Positions 52,035 to 64,000 of a stretch of 64,000 bases of DNA are shown here, piece by piece (position 1 is the stretch's first letter; each line of letters starts with the position of its first letter). Below the pieces are notes generated by a model. It saw only the letters and a list, made by a program, of their open reading frames with translations. It searched no databases and had not been told where the DNA came from. Origin of the DNA: Octopus sinensis (taxonomy: Eukaryota); contig NC_043000.1 of NCBI RefSeq assembly GCF_006345805.1, positions 92,132,001-92,196,000 of the forward strand, given 5' to 3'. Position numbers and translations under genes: made by a program.

Positions 52035-52790
52035 TTATTCTTTTACTTGTTTCGGTCATTTGACTGTGGCCATGCTGGAGCACTGCCTTAAAGGGTTATA
52101 GTCAAAGAAATTGACCCCCAGGACTTATTCTTTGTAAGCCTAGAACTTATTCTATCAGTTTCTTTTACAGGGACATTAACATACCAGTACCGGTTGTCAA
52201 GTGACATCGGAGGGAAAAACAGACACACTCACACACACACACTTAAATATATACATATATACATACGACAGGCTTCTTTCAGTTTCCATTTACCAAATCT
52301 ACTCACAAGCTTTTGGTTGAACTCACTTCGCCCAATGTGTTATGTAGTGGGACTGAACCCAGAACCATATGGTTGGGAGGCAAGCTTCTTACCACACAGC
52401 AACTATCTATCTTTTATTGTTTACTGGTTTCAATTATTGGACTGTGCTCATGCTGGAATACTGACTTGAAGAATTTAGTCAAAGAAACTGAGCTCTGAAC
52501 TTATTATTTTTATTAAGTCTCACATTTATTCTATCAGTCTTCAAGTTATGAGGAAGTAAACAAACAATCACTGGTTGTCAAACAGTGGGACACAAACATA
52601 ACAACCCACACACAAAAAACCCACCACCACCACCACACACAGATGCATACATGCTGGGCTTCCATACAGTTTCTGCTTACCAAATTCACTTGGCATTGGT
52701 CAACCTGGAACTTGAGTAGATGATACTTGTCCACAAAGTGGTGTGTACTAAGGCTTAACCAAATTTAAACGGTTACAAAGTGAGCTTTTT
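52035..52790 (-). mobile_element. Two tandem SINE family A copies (second one degraded)
   Basis: 52035-52400 and 52420-52790. Confidence 0.75.
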
Positions 52791-53092
52791 AATCATAAAG
52801 CCATGGCAGCATCTGTAGCCAAATTCTTCTGCTATCATTGACCCTTACTTGTGGAGAAGACACCTGATTCTAATTGCCATAGTTTGCTTGACTCACAAGA
52901 AAAAAGAAAAAAATTAATGGGGTCCAGACTTTCTTTTTATAGCTGAGTGCTAAGCAATGCAATGAATAGTCTTTTGTTAATTCAGCTGTGTACAAAGATA
53001 AAAGAAAAAACCTTACTCTTATTAATATGGGTATTGAAGCAGATGTATGTAGAAGTTCAACTTAAATTTAGATACGTCATGAGCCCCTAGGA

Positions 53093-53890
53093 CAGTGGTT
53101 CTCAACTAGGGTTCACATGACCCTTGGAGGTCTGCATAAGATTTTGTTTTTAAAATCTATGTGAAATATATTGGTTATACTTCTACAATGTGGAGGCACA
53201 ATGGCCCAGTGGTTAGGGCAGTGGACTCGCGGTCGGAGGATCTCAGTTTCAATTCCCAGACTGGGCATTGTGTGTGTTTATTGAGTGAATACACCTAAAA
53301 GCTCCACAAGGCTCCAGCAGGGGGTGGTGGCAACCGCTGTTGTAGTGTTTCACCACAACTTTCTCTCACTCTCTCTTCCTGTTTCTTGAGGAACACTGTG
53401 ATGGACTGGCTTCCTGTCCAGCGGGGGGGGGGGGAACACATGCACCACAGAAACTGGGAAACCGGGCCCATGAACCTGGCTAGGCTTGAAAAGGGCAACA
53501 TTTATTGTTTATACTTCTACAATATGCAAAATATTCTAACAATTTTCTTAATACAATCTCTAATGGTATTTAATTATAAAAATATGATAGGTTATTTTAA
53601 TCCTTTAGCATTCAGATTACTTTGCCATATGTAATACTTACTTATTGACATTGTTTTGAATTAATTACATATTATCTTGTAGCTTTGAAATTTCAAAGAT
53701 GTGATTGTTCATTTTTAGAATGACATTGCAGAGTAGGTGTAAGATGCTGGATGTAAATCAGATTAAGTACTTGAGCTGGATATGGCCTGTTTAAATGCTA
53801 AATGGCTAAGCATCAAATAGCTATGGAGGTCTACCTCAATAAAATAGGAATCTAAGGAGTCCATAGGTAAAATATAGTTGTAATGCAGAA
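53093..53890 (+). mobile_element. hAT (Buster/Charlie-type) MITE remnant hosting a SINE insertion
   Basis: Left TIR CAGTGGTTCTCAAC at 53093 is preceded by CCCTAGGA (nnnTAnnn). The right end is degenerate and approximate. Confidence 0.5.
53190..53508 (+). mobile_element. SINE family C, full length with a 15-bp TSD
   Basis: TTATACTTCTACAAT at 53175-53189 and 53509-53523. Confidence 0.92.
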
Positions 53891-53924
53891 GCTTAATTCT
53901 GTTTTCATTATTATGTTAGGGACT

Positions 53925-54150
53925 ATGGTTGCAAGCTGGTAGAGTCGTTAGCATGCTGGGCAAACATGCTTAGTGGTATTTTGTCTGTCGTTACATTCTG
54001 AGTTCAAATTCTGCTGAGGTTGACTTTGCTTTACATCCTTTCAGAGTCAGTAAATTAAGTACCAGTGAAACACTAGAGTCAATGTAATCAAGTAGACCCT
54101 ACCTCACCAACTTTCAAGCCTTGTGCCTTTAGTAGGAAAGATTATTATGT
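53925..54150 (+). mobile_element. SINE family B (MetaSINE-like)
   Basis: GAGCTGG-like head, TTCTGAGTTCAAATTC and the CCTTTCAG..AAATTAAGTACCAG core. Confidence 0.75.
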
Positions 54151-54619
54151 AAGGGACTGGGTTTGTAATATTCCTCCCTTCTGTTTGCAGGGTTAACTGC
54201 TCAGCTATTGCTAGAACTCATTTACAGCTGAGTGTACTGAAGCAAAATGAAATGAATTGTATTGCTCAATAGCACAATACACTGCTTGGTGCAAGAATTG
54301 AAACCATGATCTCATGATCATTAGTGCAATACCATATTTGTCATTAGACCATGTCCCATCAACTTCACCTGTTTGACTAGCAAACGGAAAACAATGGGGC
54401 TAAACGTTCTTTATATTTTTCTTTGTTTTTTTCCCCCTTTGCTACAGGAGGGTGTGGTACCTCCTCTTTATCCAGAGGATCTTCCTCCCCTCCCGCAGCT
54501 TTAGGGTACGTTCAGTGGGCAACCATTGTTGCCCACCTTTCTTTTATTTCCTGTTTTCGAGGTCTCCACTTCCTCAACTGCCTCCATCTCTCCCTCCAAT
54601 GGGGAAGCAGGGGCAGCTA

Positions 54620-55010
54620 CGAGTGCCTGCGTGGTAAGAGGCTTGCTTCAAAACCAAATGGTTCCAAGACCTGTCCCACTGTGTGGCACTTTGTGCAAAT
54701 GTTTTCTATAGCCTCAGTCCAACCAAAGCCTTGTAAAGGTACAAGGTAGACAGAAACTGAAAGAAGCCCAGCATGTGTGTGTGTGAGTGTGTGTGTGTTT
54801 GTGTGTGTTTGAGTTTTCTCCTGCCACTACTTAATAACTGGTGTTGGTATGTTTACCTTCTCATAATTTAGCAATTTGGCAAAAGAGATGAATAGAAAAA
54901 ATACCGGGCTTAATAAATAATAAGTACTGAGGTCAGTTTGTTTGACCAAAGTCTTTTAAAGCAGTGCCCTGGCACGTTCGCAGTCTCATGACTGAAAGAA
55001 AGTGAAAGAT
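54620..55010 (+). mobile_element. SINE family A, degraded
   Basis: Head GTGCCTGCGTGGTAAGAGGCTTGC through tail GACTGAAAGAAAG. Confidence 0.7.
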
Positions 55011-56159
55011 ACTAAGTTTGAGGGGGGACAGAGGGAAGGAAGTAGCAAAAGAAGGAAAAAAATCCAAGTGCTTAAGTACTTTCTTTCAAAGAATAGATCT
55101 CACCACTTTTATATATCCATTGTTTATTTGAATCGATTTTGATAAATACTAGTGCAAGATTCTTGCCTCCAAAGAGATCTTTAGGCTTTAAGTGGGCAGT
55201 GGTTGAGTGAGTACAGTTAGTGTGGTTAACAATTAAATTAAGACATGTCTTTTATGAGTTACAACAAATGTATAAGAAAAAATATGATTTACTGACTAAG
55301 GATGGAATTCTTCAAAGAAAGGTCATTCTAGGAATGAATCGTTGAAATAAATTACTATTATGAGTACTAAGTCATGAAACTTGGCCATGTTTTCTATTTT
55401 CATCATTATTTTAATATCCACTTTCTAATGCTTGTTTGGGTTGGACAGAGTTTATTGAAGCAGCTTTACTACGGCTGGATGCTCTGCCTTTTGCCACTTC
55501 CACATGGTTTCATGTAAGATAATATATCCCCCATAATATTTTCTATCTTTAGTCACATTGTTTACACAGACATATACTTAAATGAAAGGTTGTAACTTTC
55601 AATGCTGGCTCTAAATTCTATAGAAAATCTGTAGAGATAAATTTAAAAGTGATTGTAATACACTGCTAACACAAAAGTAGGACATGATATTGACTTATAA
55701 AATTTTAATATAGTTGGTAGTATATTGTGATTTCAAAACGAAATATGGTGTCCATGAAAGCAGTTAATATATACAGGTATACAAATCTATGTATATGTAT
55801 ATATTATACGTATAAAGATATACATATATACATGTATATGGATATAGATGTATGTTTGTGTGTATATATATAATATACACACATATCGTTCTTTATAACT
55901 AACCTCACTCTTGATAACTCTTTCTCTTTAGGCAGGTAACTATGTACCCCCACTACAGCAAGACACCTGCTTTCGTCTCTGTGTCGCACTTCAACTTTTC
56001 ATCATCTGACACAAGAGTGATTCCTTCAATTTTCCCTCCCCTTTCAAAGATTCCTTGTCTTGCAAATTACTTGGTGACCCTACTAGTGCACATGCCATGT
56101 AAAAAGCATCCAGTTTACACTGTAAAGTGGTTGATATTTAGAAGGGCATTCAGCTGTAA

Positions 56160-57300
56160 AAACCATGCCAAATGACTATGCTTCCCATCGAGCAAGGGTA
56201 CAGTTGATTTCAAGTACTACTATCGTGCACACATGAACTCTTTCTCCAATCCAAATTCTAAACTATCAACCTCCTTAGCAACTCATATACACAACCTTAA
56301 ATCTAAAATTATTCCTTATATCTTATCCTGGTTCATAGTAAATGAAGCCACCACCCACACCATACAGTGCAAACATTGGTAAGTGTAAATAATGTTTAAA
56401 AGAATCACAAACCATTCTTTGCCTGCACAACCCCTCATTACTTCATAGATTCTCAGGCGTAATTTTCTCTTGTACACACAGATACTACTCATCTTTTGTG
56501 CACTTTGTTAAATCTATGAAATCCTGTAACTATAAATATCCATACTAAATTTAACCTTGAACTAAGACAATGTCAGCCTAGCAACCTTCTACCTAACAAA
56601 TACTATGCCCTATTAATCCTTCTCATACATGTCTTTCAAAATCCCTCTAAACCAACACTTCCCACTTCCCTCATAGCCTCTCAACCCTTCTATTTCTCAT
56701 ACCTCCCTACATGTCTCAGTAATCTCACTCAGCTACTGAACCAGTCAACTTATTTCCCACAAATAATAGTAACTCCTTTTCTCACTATTGATTTTACAGC
56801 CTTCATATAGATTAACACAAAGGTTAACATTCACACACTACCTAAAACACCCTCCCCTCTTCCTACTTCTTTCTCTATTACTATAACTCCCTACTAGCCA
56901 CCTTATTAACCCCTATCCCTTGAAATCTATTTTCTCCTCTAACTATTCTCTATCTGTATACCTCTTCAATTCTCCCCTCTAATACACTTAGCTCTCTACA
57001 AAATCATTCCATTTTTAATCTCCTTAATGTCAACACCTCAAATATAAGATTTCTTCCCTGAAGACGGAGGCTCATCTCATTCAACAGTAGAATCAATTTA
57101 CAATCATTATTTTGGACCATTGAGTCCACAGAATCAACTCTTCATCCCCTTTAATTCCTGGGATCATTTCTGTTCTGTGCAAGTCGGGTCATATTGTATC
57201 TAAACATATATACATTTTTTTTTTGTATTTCATGTATCAAATATTCTTTGTCTATTGATCTGCCTAATTTGCTGATCCTTACATTTAATCCTCTACCTGG
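56160..57300 (-). pseudogene. Possible ancient retroelement remnant (strong purine bias on minus strand)
   Basis: Strand-asymmetric composition and an isolated ICVQE motif (APE endonuclease motif I-like) near 56470; otherwise unreadable. Confidence 0.2.
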
Positions 57301-57367
57301 TCAAGTTTAAACCTCTTGAGCACTACTAGATGTATGCTATATGGAGAATATCTGATTCTCATCTATG

Positions 57368-57414
<47 letters not shown>

Positions 57415-57416
<2 letters not shown>

Positions 57417-58086
57417 AGGGAGCAAAATAGCATCTACAATTGCAAGAAATGACAGCTAAAATTTAACTGAAACAGCCTCACAAAAGCACTAACCTCATGA
57501 ATTATTTGAGACTATGAGCAGTAAGGCACGACATCTTTCATTGGTGAGATACACTCACAGAATGAAGTAGTTTGATAAAATGTTATAACGTGATTTTGAA
57601 ATTTGATCAACAGGATCTTGTTTAGCAACAGACGTTTCTACAATTACTCTGGGTTAAAAGAGATAACCTGCTTTCCATTTGTTCATGAGAAGAAAAATGT
57701 TGAAAAGTAAATGCTAAAATTCAAAATGATTAAAGTGAATAGTAACATACAATAAGATGATATAGTAATATTTTAAGTATATTAAATACATTATAATATA
57801 GATGGCTATAGAAATTAAAACCAAAATGGTAAAATTAATAAATGAGGATGCAAAATAGCACCTAAAATTTCTAGAAATGAGAGCTAAAACTTAGTGAAAT
57901 TTCGAAATCACATGATAATGTTTTATCAAACTACTTTATTCAGTGAGTGTATCTCACCAGTGAAAGATTTTGTGGCTTGCCGCTCACTGTCCCAAATATT
58001 TCATGAGGTTAGTGCTTTTGTGTGGCTGTTCAAGTTAAATTTTAGCTCTCATTTCTTGCAACTGTAGGTGCTATTGTGCACCCTCA
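57415..58086. mobile_element. Mariner-type MITE with about 190-bp TIRs and nested extra TIR fragments
   Basis: 57415-57600 is the approximate reverse complement of 57895-58086. It starts TA|TGAGGG (CpG-decayed CGAGGG). Further fragments lie at 57843-57890 and 58690-58795. Confidence 0.75.
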
Positions 58087-58129
58087 TTTATCAATGTTAC
58101 CTTTTTGGTTTTAATTGCTATAGATACAT

Positions 58130-58540
58130 ATACTCTTTACTATTTTACTCTTTTACTTGTTTCACTCATTTGTCTGCGGCCATGCTGGAGCACCACCTTT
58201 AGTCGAGCAAATCGACCCCAGGACTTATTCGTTGTAAGCCTAGTACTTATTCTATCGGTCTCTTTTGCTGAACCGCTAAGTTACAGGGATGTAAACACAC
58301 CAGCATCGGTTGTCGAGCAATGTTGGGAGGACAAACACAGACACACAAACACACACACACACACACATATATATACATATACACGACGGGCTTCTTTCAG
58401 TTTTTGTCTACCAAAGCCACTCACAAGGCTTTGGTCGGCCCGAGGCTATAGAAGACACTTGCCCAAAGTGCCACGCAGTGGGACTGAACCCAGAACCATA
58501 TGGTTGGTAAGCAAGCTACTTACCACACAGCCACTCCTGT
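58130..58540 (-). mobile_element. SINE family A, near full length
   Basis: Matches other copies. Confidence 0.88.
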
Positions 58541-58789
58541 ATAATGTATTATAATGTATTTAATATATCTTAATATATTAATATTTTATTATAATGTCTT
58601 ATTGTATGTTACTATATATTTTAACTGTTTTGAGTTTTAGCACTCACTTTCCAATGGCTTTTTTCTCATGAACAAATGGGAGGTAAGCTATCTCTTTCAA
58701 TCTGGAGTAATTATAGAATCATCTGATGAGAAACAAGATCCTGTTGATCAAATTTAGAAGTCACATGATAATGTTTTATCAAACTACTT

Positions 58790-59080
58790 CATTCCTAATG
58801 CCAACTACTCCAAGAGTGTAGTGGATGCTTTTACGTACCACCGGCATGAGGGCCAGTCTGGTGGTACTTGTGATGGCCATGCTCGAATGGTGTTTTTACA
58901 TGCCACCTGCACAGGAGCCAGTCCAGCAGCACTGGCAACGACCTTGCCACCAGCACAAGTGCCAGTAAGGTGACGCTGGTAACGATCACGCTCGAATGGG
59001 GCTTTTTATGTGCCACCGACACAGTAGCCAGTCAGCTGCTCTGGCAATGATCATGCTCAGATGGTGCTTTTAACGTTCCA
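58790..59080 (-). mobile_element. RTE LINE 3' UTR fragment
   Basis: TTCCTAATGCCAAC..GAGTGTAGTGGATGCTTTTACGTACCACC matches 47440-47500, followed by short internal repeats. Confidence 0.65.
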
Positions 59081-59269
59081 CTGTTCCACTAATGAATATG
59101 CAAGTACATGCATATGTGTATGTGTATGCATGTATATATCAATTTATGCATGAAGATATGTATGTATGATTGCCCGTATGCACATGTGTGGGGGTATCTA
59201 TTAGTCTATCTATCTGTAAAAATCATCATTTTAATGTCCCCTTTTCCATGCTTACTTGGATCATGGGGT

Positions 59270-59514
59270 ATTTATTCTTTTATTCTTTTACATATTTCAG
59301 TCATCTGACTGCAGCCATGCTGAAGCACTGCTATAAAGAGCATTTAGTTAAAGAAATTAACCCCGGGACTTATTCTTTGTAAGCCCAGTACTTATTCTAC
59401 TGGCCGCTTTTACCAAGCTGCTAAGCTACAAGGATGCAAACACACCAAAATTGGTTTTCAAACAATGTTGAGGGAACAAAAACAGACACAAAACACACAC
59501 ACACACATAAATAT

Positions 59515-59556
<42 letters not shown>

Positions 59557-59813
59557 ACAGAAAAAGTAAGACAACAAAAGAATGAGAGACCTCGATATTA
59601 TGTAAATAGAGGAATTTATCTGTAAATATAATATGTGACAATTATTCAGTAGCCATGATAAAACTCTGAGTTTCAGATGTCGGGGCAGAAATCCATGCCG
59701 CCATCTCTTCAGTTATCCAGCCATTGAAAAAATGCTATGAAAATGACCATTAAACAAAGGAGTTTATCATGGCTACCGAATAATTATCACAAATAATATT
59801 TACAGATATATAT

Positions 59814-59861
<48 letters not shown>

Positions 59862-60025
59862 CACGAGCTTCTTTCAGTTTCTGTCTACCAAATTCACACA
59901 GAAGGCATTGACCAGCCTGGTGCTATAGTAAAAGGCACTTGTTCAAGATGACACATTGTAGGATCGAGCCATGAAGAACATGGTTGGGAATCAATTTCTT
60001 AACCACAGAATCATGCCTGTGCCTA
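59270..60025 (-). mobile_element. SINE family A halves (59270-59510 and 59865-60025) separated by the inverted-repeat insert
   Basis: 3' half and 5' half lie on either side of (AT)n plus the 59560-59810 element. Confidence 0.65.
59657..59717 (-). ncRNA. Minimal type I hammerhead ribozyme motif
   Basis: Minus strand GATAA-CTGAAGA-GATG(22-nt insert with GGCA/TGCC stem)CATC-T-GAAA-CTC-A-GAG-T-T-TTATC. Helix I is GATAA/TTATC, core CUGAAGA and GAAA, helix III ACTC/GAGT, cleavage triplet GUU. There is one extra U before G12. Confidence 0.7.
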
Positions 60026-60718
60026 CACACGCACACACACACATGCGCGCACATACACACACACACGCGCGCACATATACACACACACAAACTTATATAT
60101 ATATGAATATATAAAATTTCTTTTATAGAAATGAGTGTGTATATGTGTGTAAGTATGTATAATTATTTACCATTCACCATTTCATTTCAACATTTCACCA
60201 TCCTAACAAACGCCTCTGACAGCCCTGAAAAAAATAAAAGAGTGTAAACCTTACAAATCCATAGATAAATTATTTATGTATGTTGTACTTCAGAAACTAA
60301 AATTTCTCCACCCATCGTCTCATCCTCATACATAGAAAGTATATCAATAGCCACTAAAGAAAGTATTGCATAAGTGTCATTGTTGATTTTTTCTTGTTTT
60401 TTTTTTGTGATGGGAAAGGGTTTTTTTCAATAAAAAAATAAATGCAAGAAGAAAAGTAATGGCAAACAAAAGAAATTTGTTTTAAATAAAATAAATTAGA
60501 ATAACAACATTAATTAGAATAAAAAATAAAAACGATCTGCAATGCAAAAAAAATACAGAAAAAGAGCCAAATAACAGAGAAGAGAAATAAATTAATTTTA
60601 TCCAACCTTAACCAAACACTACAAAAAAATAAAAATGGAAAAAAAAATAAATGAAGAACTGTACTTGAAATTCAATGAAAATTTCTCCAGTAACCATTAT
60701 AAGAGAAGAAAAAGGGAT

Positions 60719-60775
<57 letters not shown>

Positions 60776-60810
60776 TATACATATATATATATATATATAT
60801 ATAGATATAC

Positions 60811-60896
<86 letters not shown>

Positions 60897-61795
60897 ATAT
60901 ATACATACATATATGTATATATACAAATGTGTGTGTGTGTGTATGTATATATATATATATGTATATACACATACGATATGTATATATATAGAGATAGATA
61001 GATAGATATAAGAAAAAGTGAGAGAAAGAGAGAGAGAAACAGAGGAATTTTTAGTTTTGCTTCTTTTACAAGGTGTGAATCTGATGGACAATTGATTATG
61101 GAGGAAAATGATGGTCCAGAGGCTATATAAAGTGAGGTGAGAAATAAACTTATCTAACTTAACAAACAAAGTCACTAGGTGCAGTTGTAAGGGAAACAAA
61201 CATTTTTTACTTTTTTACTTTCTTCCATTCAATTATTTTACAACTACGTTACCAATCCAATCTGAACCCACATAATAATAATGATGATAATAATAATAAT
61301 AATAATGATAACTACAACAATTATGATAATACTAATGATGATGATATTGATGATGATGTTGATGGTGATGATGTTGGTGATACTACTAAGAACAACAATA
61401 TTAATAATAATAATAATAATAGTAAGAAGAAGAATAGCTTTTTTATACATATAAATAAACTTTATATATATATGTAAAACCTTACAACTAAATCAATCCC
61501 CAGTGTATTCTGCTGACAAATGCAGCTTTGTAACTCATATCGGGGAGTTATTTTTCCTTAAAATCTTTGTATTTTGTTTACTTTTCGATAAAAAAAATAA
61601 AGAAATAAAATATATAAATACATAACTTTAAATTCTTCCTTGAAATAAATACATCCTTCTTACTTATGTGGAGTGCGGTAATATATGGAAAGATGCAAAC
61701 ATAACCATATTTCCCCTTTAAAATATCTCTCTTTTTAACTCTCTACCAATTTATCTATCTATCTGTCTATCTATCTATCTGTCTATCTATCTATC

Positions 61796-61838
<43 letters not shown>

Positions 61839-61930
61839 AAATCTATCTATCTATCTATAAATCTATCTATCTATCTATAAATCTATCTATAAATCTATCT
61901 ATCTATCTATCTATCTACCTACCTACCTAC

Positions 61931-61990
<60 letters not shown>

Positions 61991-62786
61991 CTCTCTATTT
62001 GTCTGTCTATCAATCCATTTATCCATCTATCTATTTATCTGTCTGTCTGCCTTTCTTATATTCATTCTTTCTGTGTACCTACTTGTCAACTTACCTAATA
62101 AGTTCTATCATTACATTTTCATCTACATATACACATACATATATATTTGTGAGTGTTTGTATATATGTATATATATATGTGTGTGTATATATATATATAT
62201 AGATAGATAGATAAATATTCATTGAAGATAATGAAGTAACTTGGAGTAAGTTATGAAACAGCTGTAACCCCTATTGAAATATTATAATTCTTTGTGTCTC
62301 ACACCTCCTTGGAATTTTGCTTATCATATACTCAATGATTTTCGTTTATCATATGCTCCACAATATTATATACTCTACAATGTTTATGTTTGTGTATTTC
62401 AGATTTTCAGTTACATCATCCTGTTACATTATGTTGGAATTTAAGCACCTTCATGACATGATAACCATGTTATCAGCTGGAGAACTTACTGTGGGCACTA
62501 ACTGATTTTTAAAAAAATCCAAATTTCTAACTATATAACCAAACTCACACTACAGATTGGCTAATAAAGCAATGCTATCCTGTGCATGCAAAGCAATGTT
62601 TCAAATTCACACACACCAAAAACAGAGAAGCCAGCTCACAACACCATTTCTTCCAAGATTTCCTGAAGAAGAAGCTCTAATATTGCTATATAAGATAAAA
62701 GTGCAAATCATCAGCTTGCACTGTTTCTTATAACTTGCATTGTTTTGGCTAATAAAATGTACAACCATTTATATATATATATATAT

Positions 62787-62841
<55 letters not shown>

Positions 62842-63009
62842 ATATATATATATATGTATATATGTATGTGTGTATATATATATATATATGTATATGTGTG
62901 TGTGTGTATATATATATATAATATGTATATAAATATATATATATGTATGTATGTATATGTGTGTGTGTGTGTGTATATATATAATAATATATATATATAT
63001 ATATATATA

Positions 63010-63286
63010 TGTAGAGGCACAATGGCCCAGTAGTTAGGGCAGCAGACTCACAGTAATAGGATCACGGTTTCGATTCCCAGTCCGGGTGTAGTGAGTGTTT
63101 ATTGAGCGAAAACACCTAAAGCTCCACGAGACTCTTTTGCCACAAATTTCTCTCACTCTTTTTTCTGTTGGCCTGCTCACTTAGCCAGTGAGGTGATGTC
63201 ATTTCAAGACTAAAACAATGCAAAGTGCATTGTGACCAGCGATGTGTAGCAAACATCTGATAGCCTGGTCAGTCACAGTGATCATG

Positions 63287-63290
<4 letters not shown>
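63010..63290 (+). mobile_element. SINE family C head with an alternative 3' tail
   Basis: Same head and body as 31529 and 53190, but continues GGCCTGCTCACTTAGCCAG...GTCACAGTGATC instead of the V-like tail. Confidence 0.75.
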
Positions 63291-63344
<54 letters not shown>

Positions 63345-63751
63345 CATAGATACATACATGCATATGCATATTTTTAATTAATTGGCTAATTTAAAAAATT
63401 TTTCAACAAGCTAAGTAATTCTGGCACCAGCATCTTTGCTGGCATTGTCAATCAATATATCACTGATGTGGAGGTGAATCACTGCTGTTTCTAGCAGTTG
63501 TGTGTTCATCATTGATAAGACAAAACAAGTTTGATATCATATGATCTGGTGGTCTCAGCATGTGATATAAATGAGAGCACATTTTGCACCAAATGCCAAT
63601 ATAAGAGCTTCTCCCATGACAACTACTACAGTATAGTTTGTACTAATAGAACATCCACGTTTAAGTGGGGATAAATATTAACTCTCGATATTAATATTAC
63701 CACTGTTGCTAACACACACACGCATGTGTGCACATGCATGCACGCACGTGC

Positions 63752-63790
<39 letters not shown>

Positions 63791-63928
63791 TATATGGCTT
63801 GATTTTTGTATCTAGGTCCAAGTTTATATTTCCATCCTGCAACTTAATAGTTTGACAAGCAGAGGTTGATAAAATAATACCAGATTATTAAATAAGGATT
63901 GGGGTTGATGTGTATATACATAAATACA

Positions 63929-63999
<71 letters not shown>

Positions 64000-64000
64000 T

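Noticed and set aside
9066-63033. Dozens of Y/I/M/C/H/T-rich ORFs in the ORF track
   Set aside because: Translations of (AT)n/(AC)n/(GT)n microsatellites that lack stop codons.
6195-63290. tRNA-like A-box/B-box sequences
   Set aside because: All are SINE heads continuing into SINE bodies; no complete cloverleaf tRNA gene was found.

Overview
This is AT-rich eukaryotic DNA, dense in microsatellites and transposable elements. The SINE/LINE families and the (AT)n/(AC)n/(GATA)n density look like an octopod cephalopod intron or intergenic region (inference from recalled repeat families, not a database hit). No host protein-coding gene can be called with confidence; only isolated candidate exons were seen. 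Well-supported coding material is all transposon-derived: an uninterrupted hAT (Buster/SPIN-type) transposase C-terminal ORF with its right TIR and TA-centred target site (1-1510); a decayed Penelope-like RT + GIY-YIG element (about 2660-3870, minus); a Tc1/mariner DD41D transposase remnant with TIR (12081-12563); and a young 5'-truncated RTE-type LINE (47314-49930, minus) whose RT contains an embedded C4HC3 PHD-like finger. There are about 35 SINE copies or fragments of three tRNA-derived families, several MITEs/foldbacks and Helitron/Helentron-like fragments. The most interesting signals are a near-canonical minimal type I hammerhead ribozyme in an inverted-repeat terminus (59657-59717, minus) with a second degenerate one (14383-14418), a pre-miRNA-like hairpin in unique DNA (9948-10033), many long dsRNA-forming inverted repeats, and an exact 430-bp tandem duplication carrying a candidate exon. 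Most of the ORF track is microsatellite noise. Boundaries of degenerate repeats are approximate.
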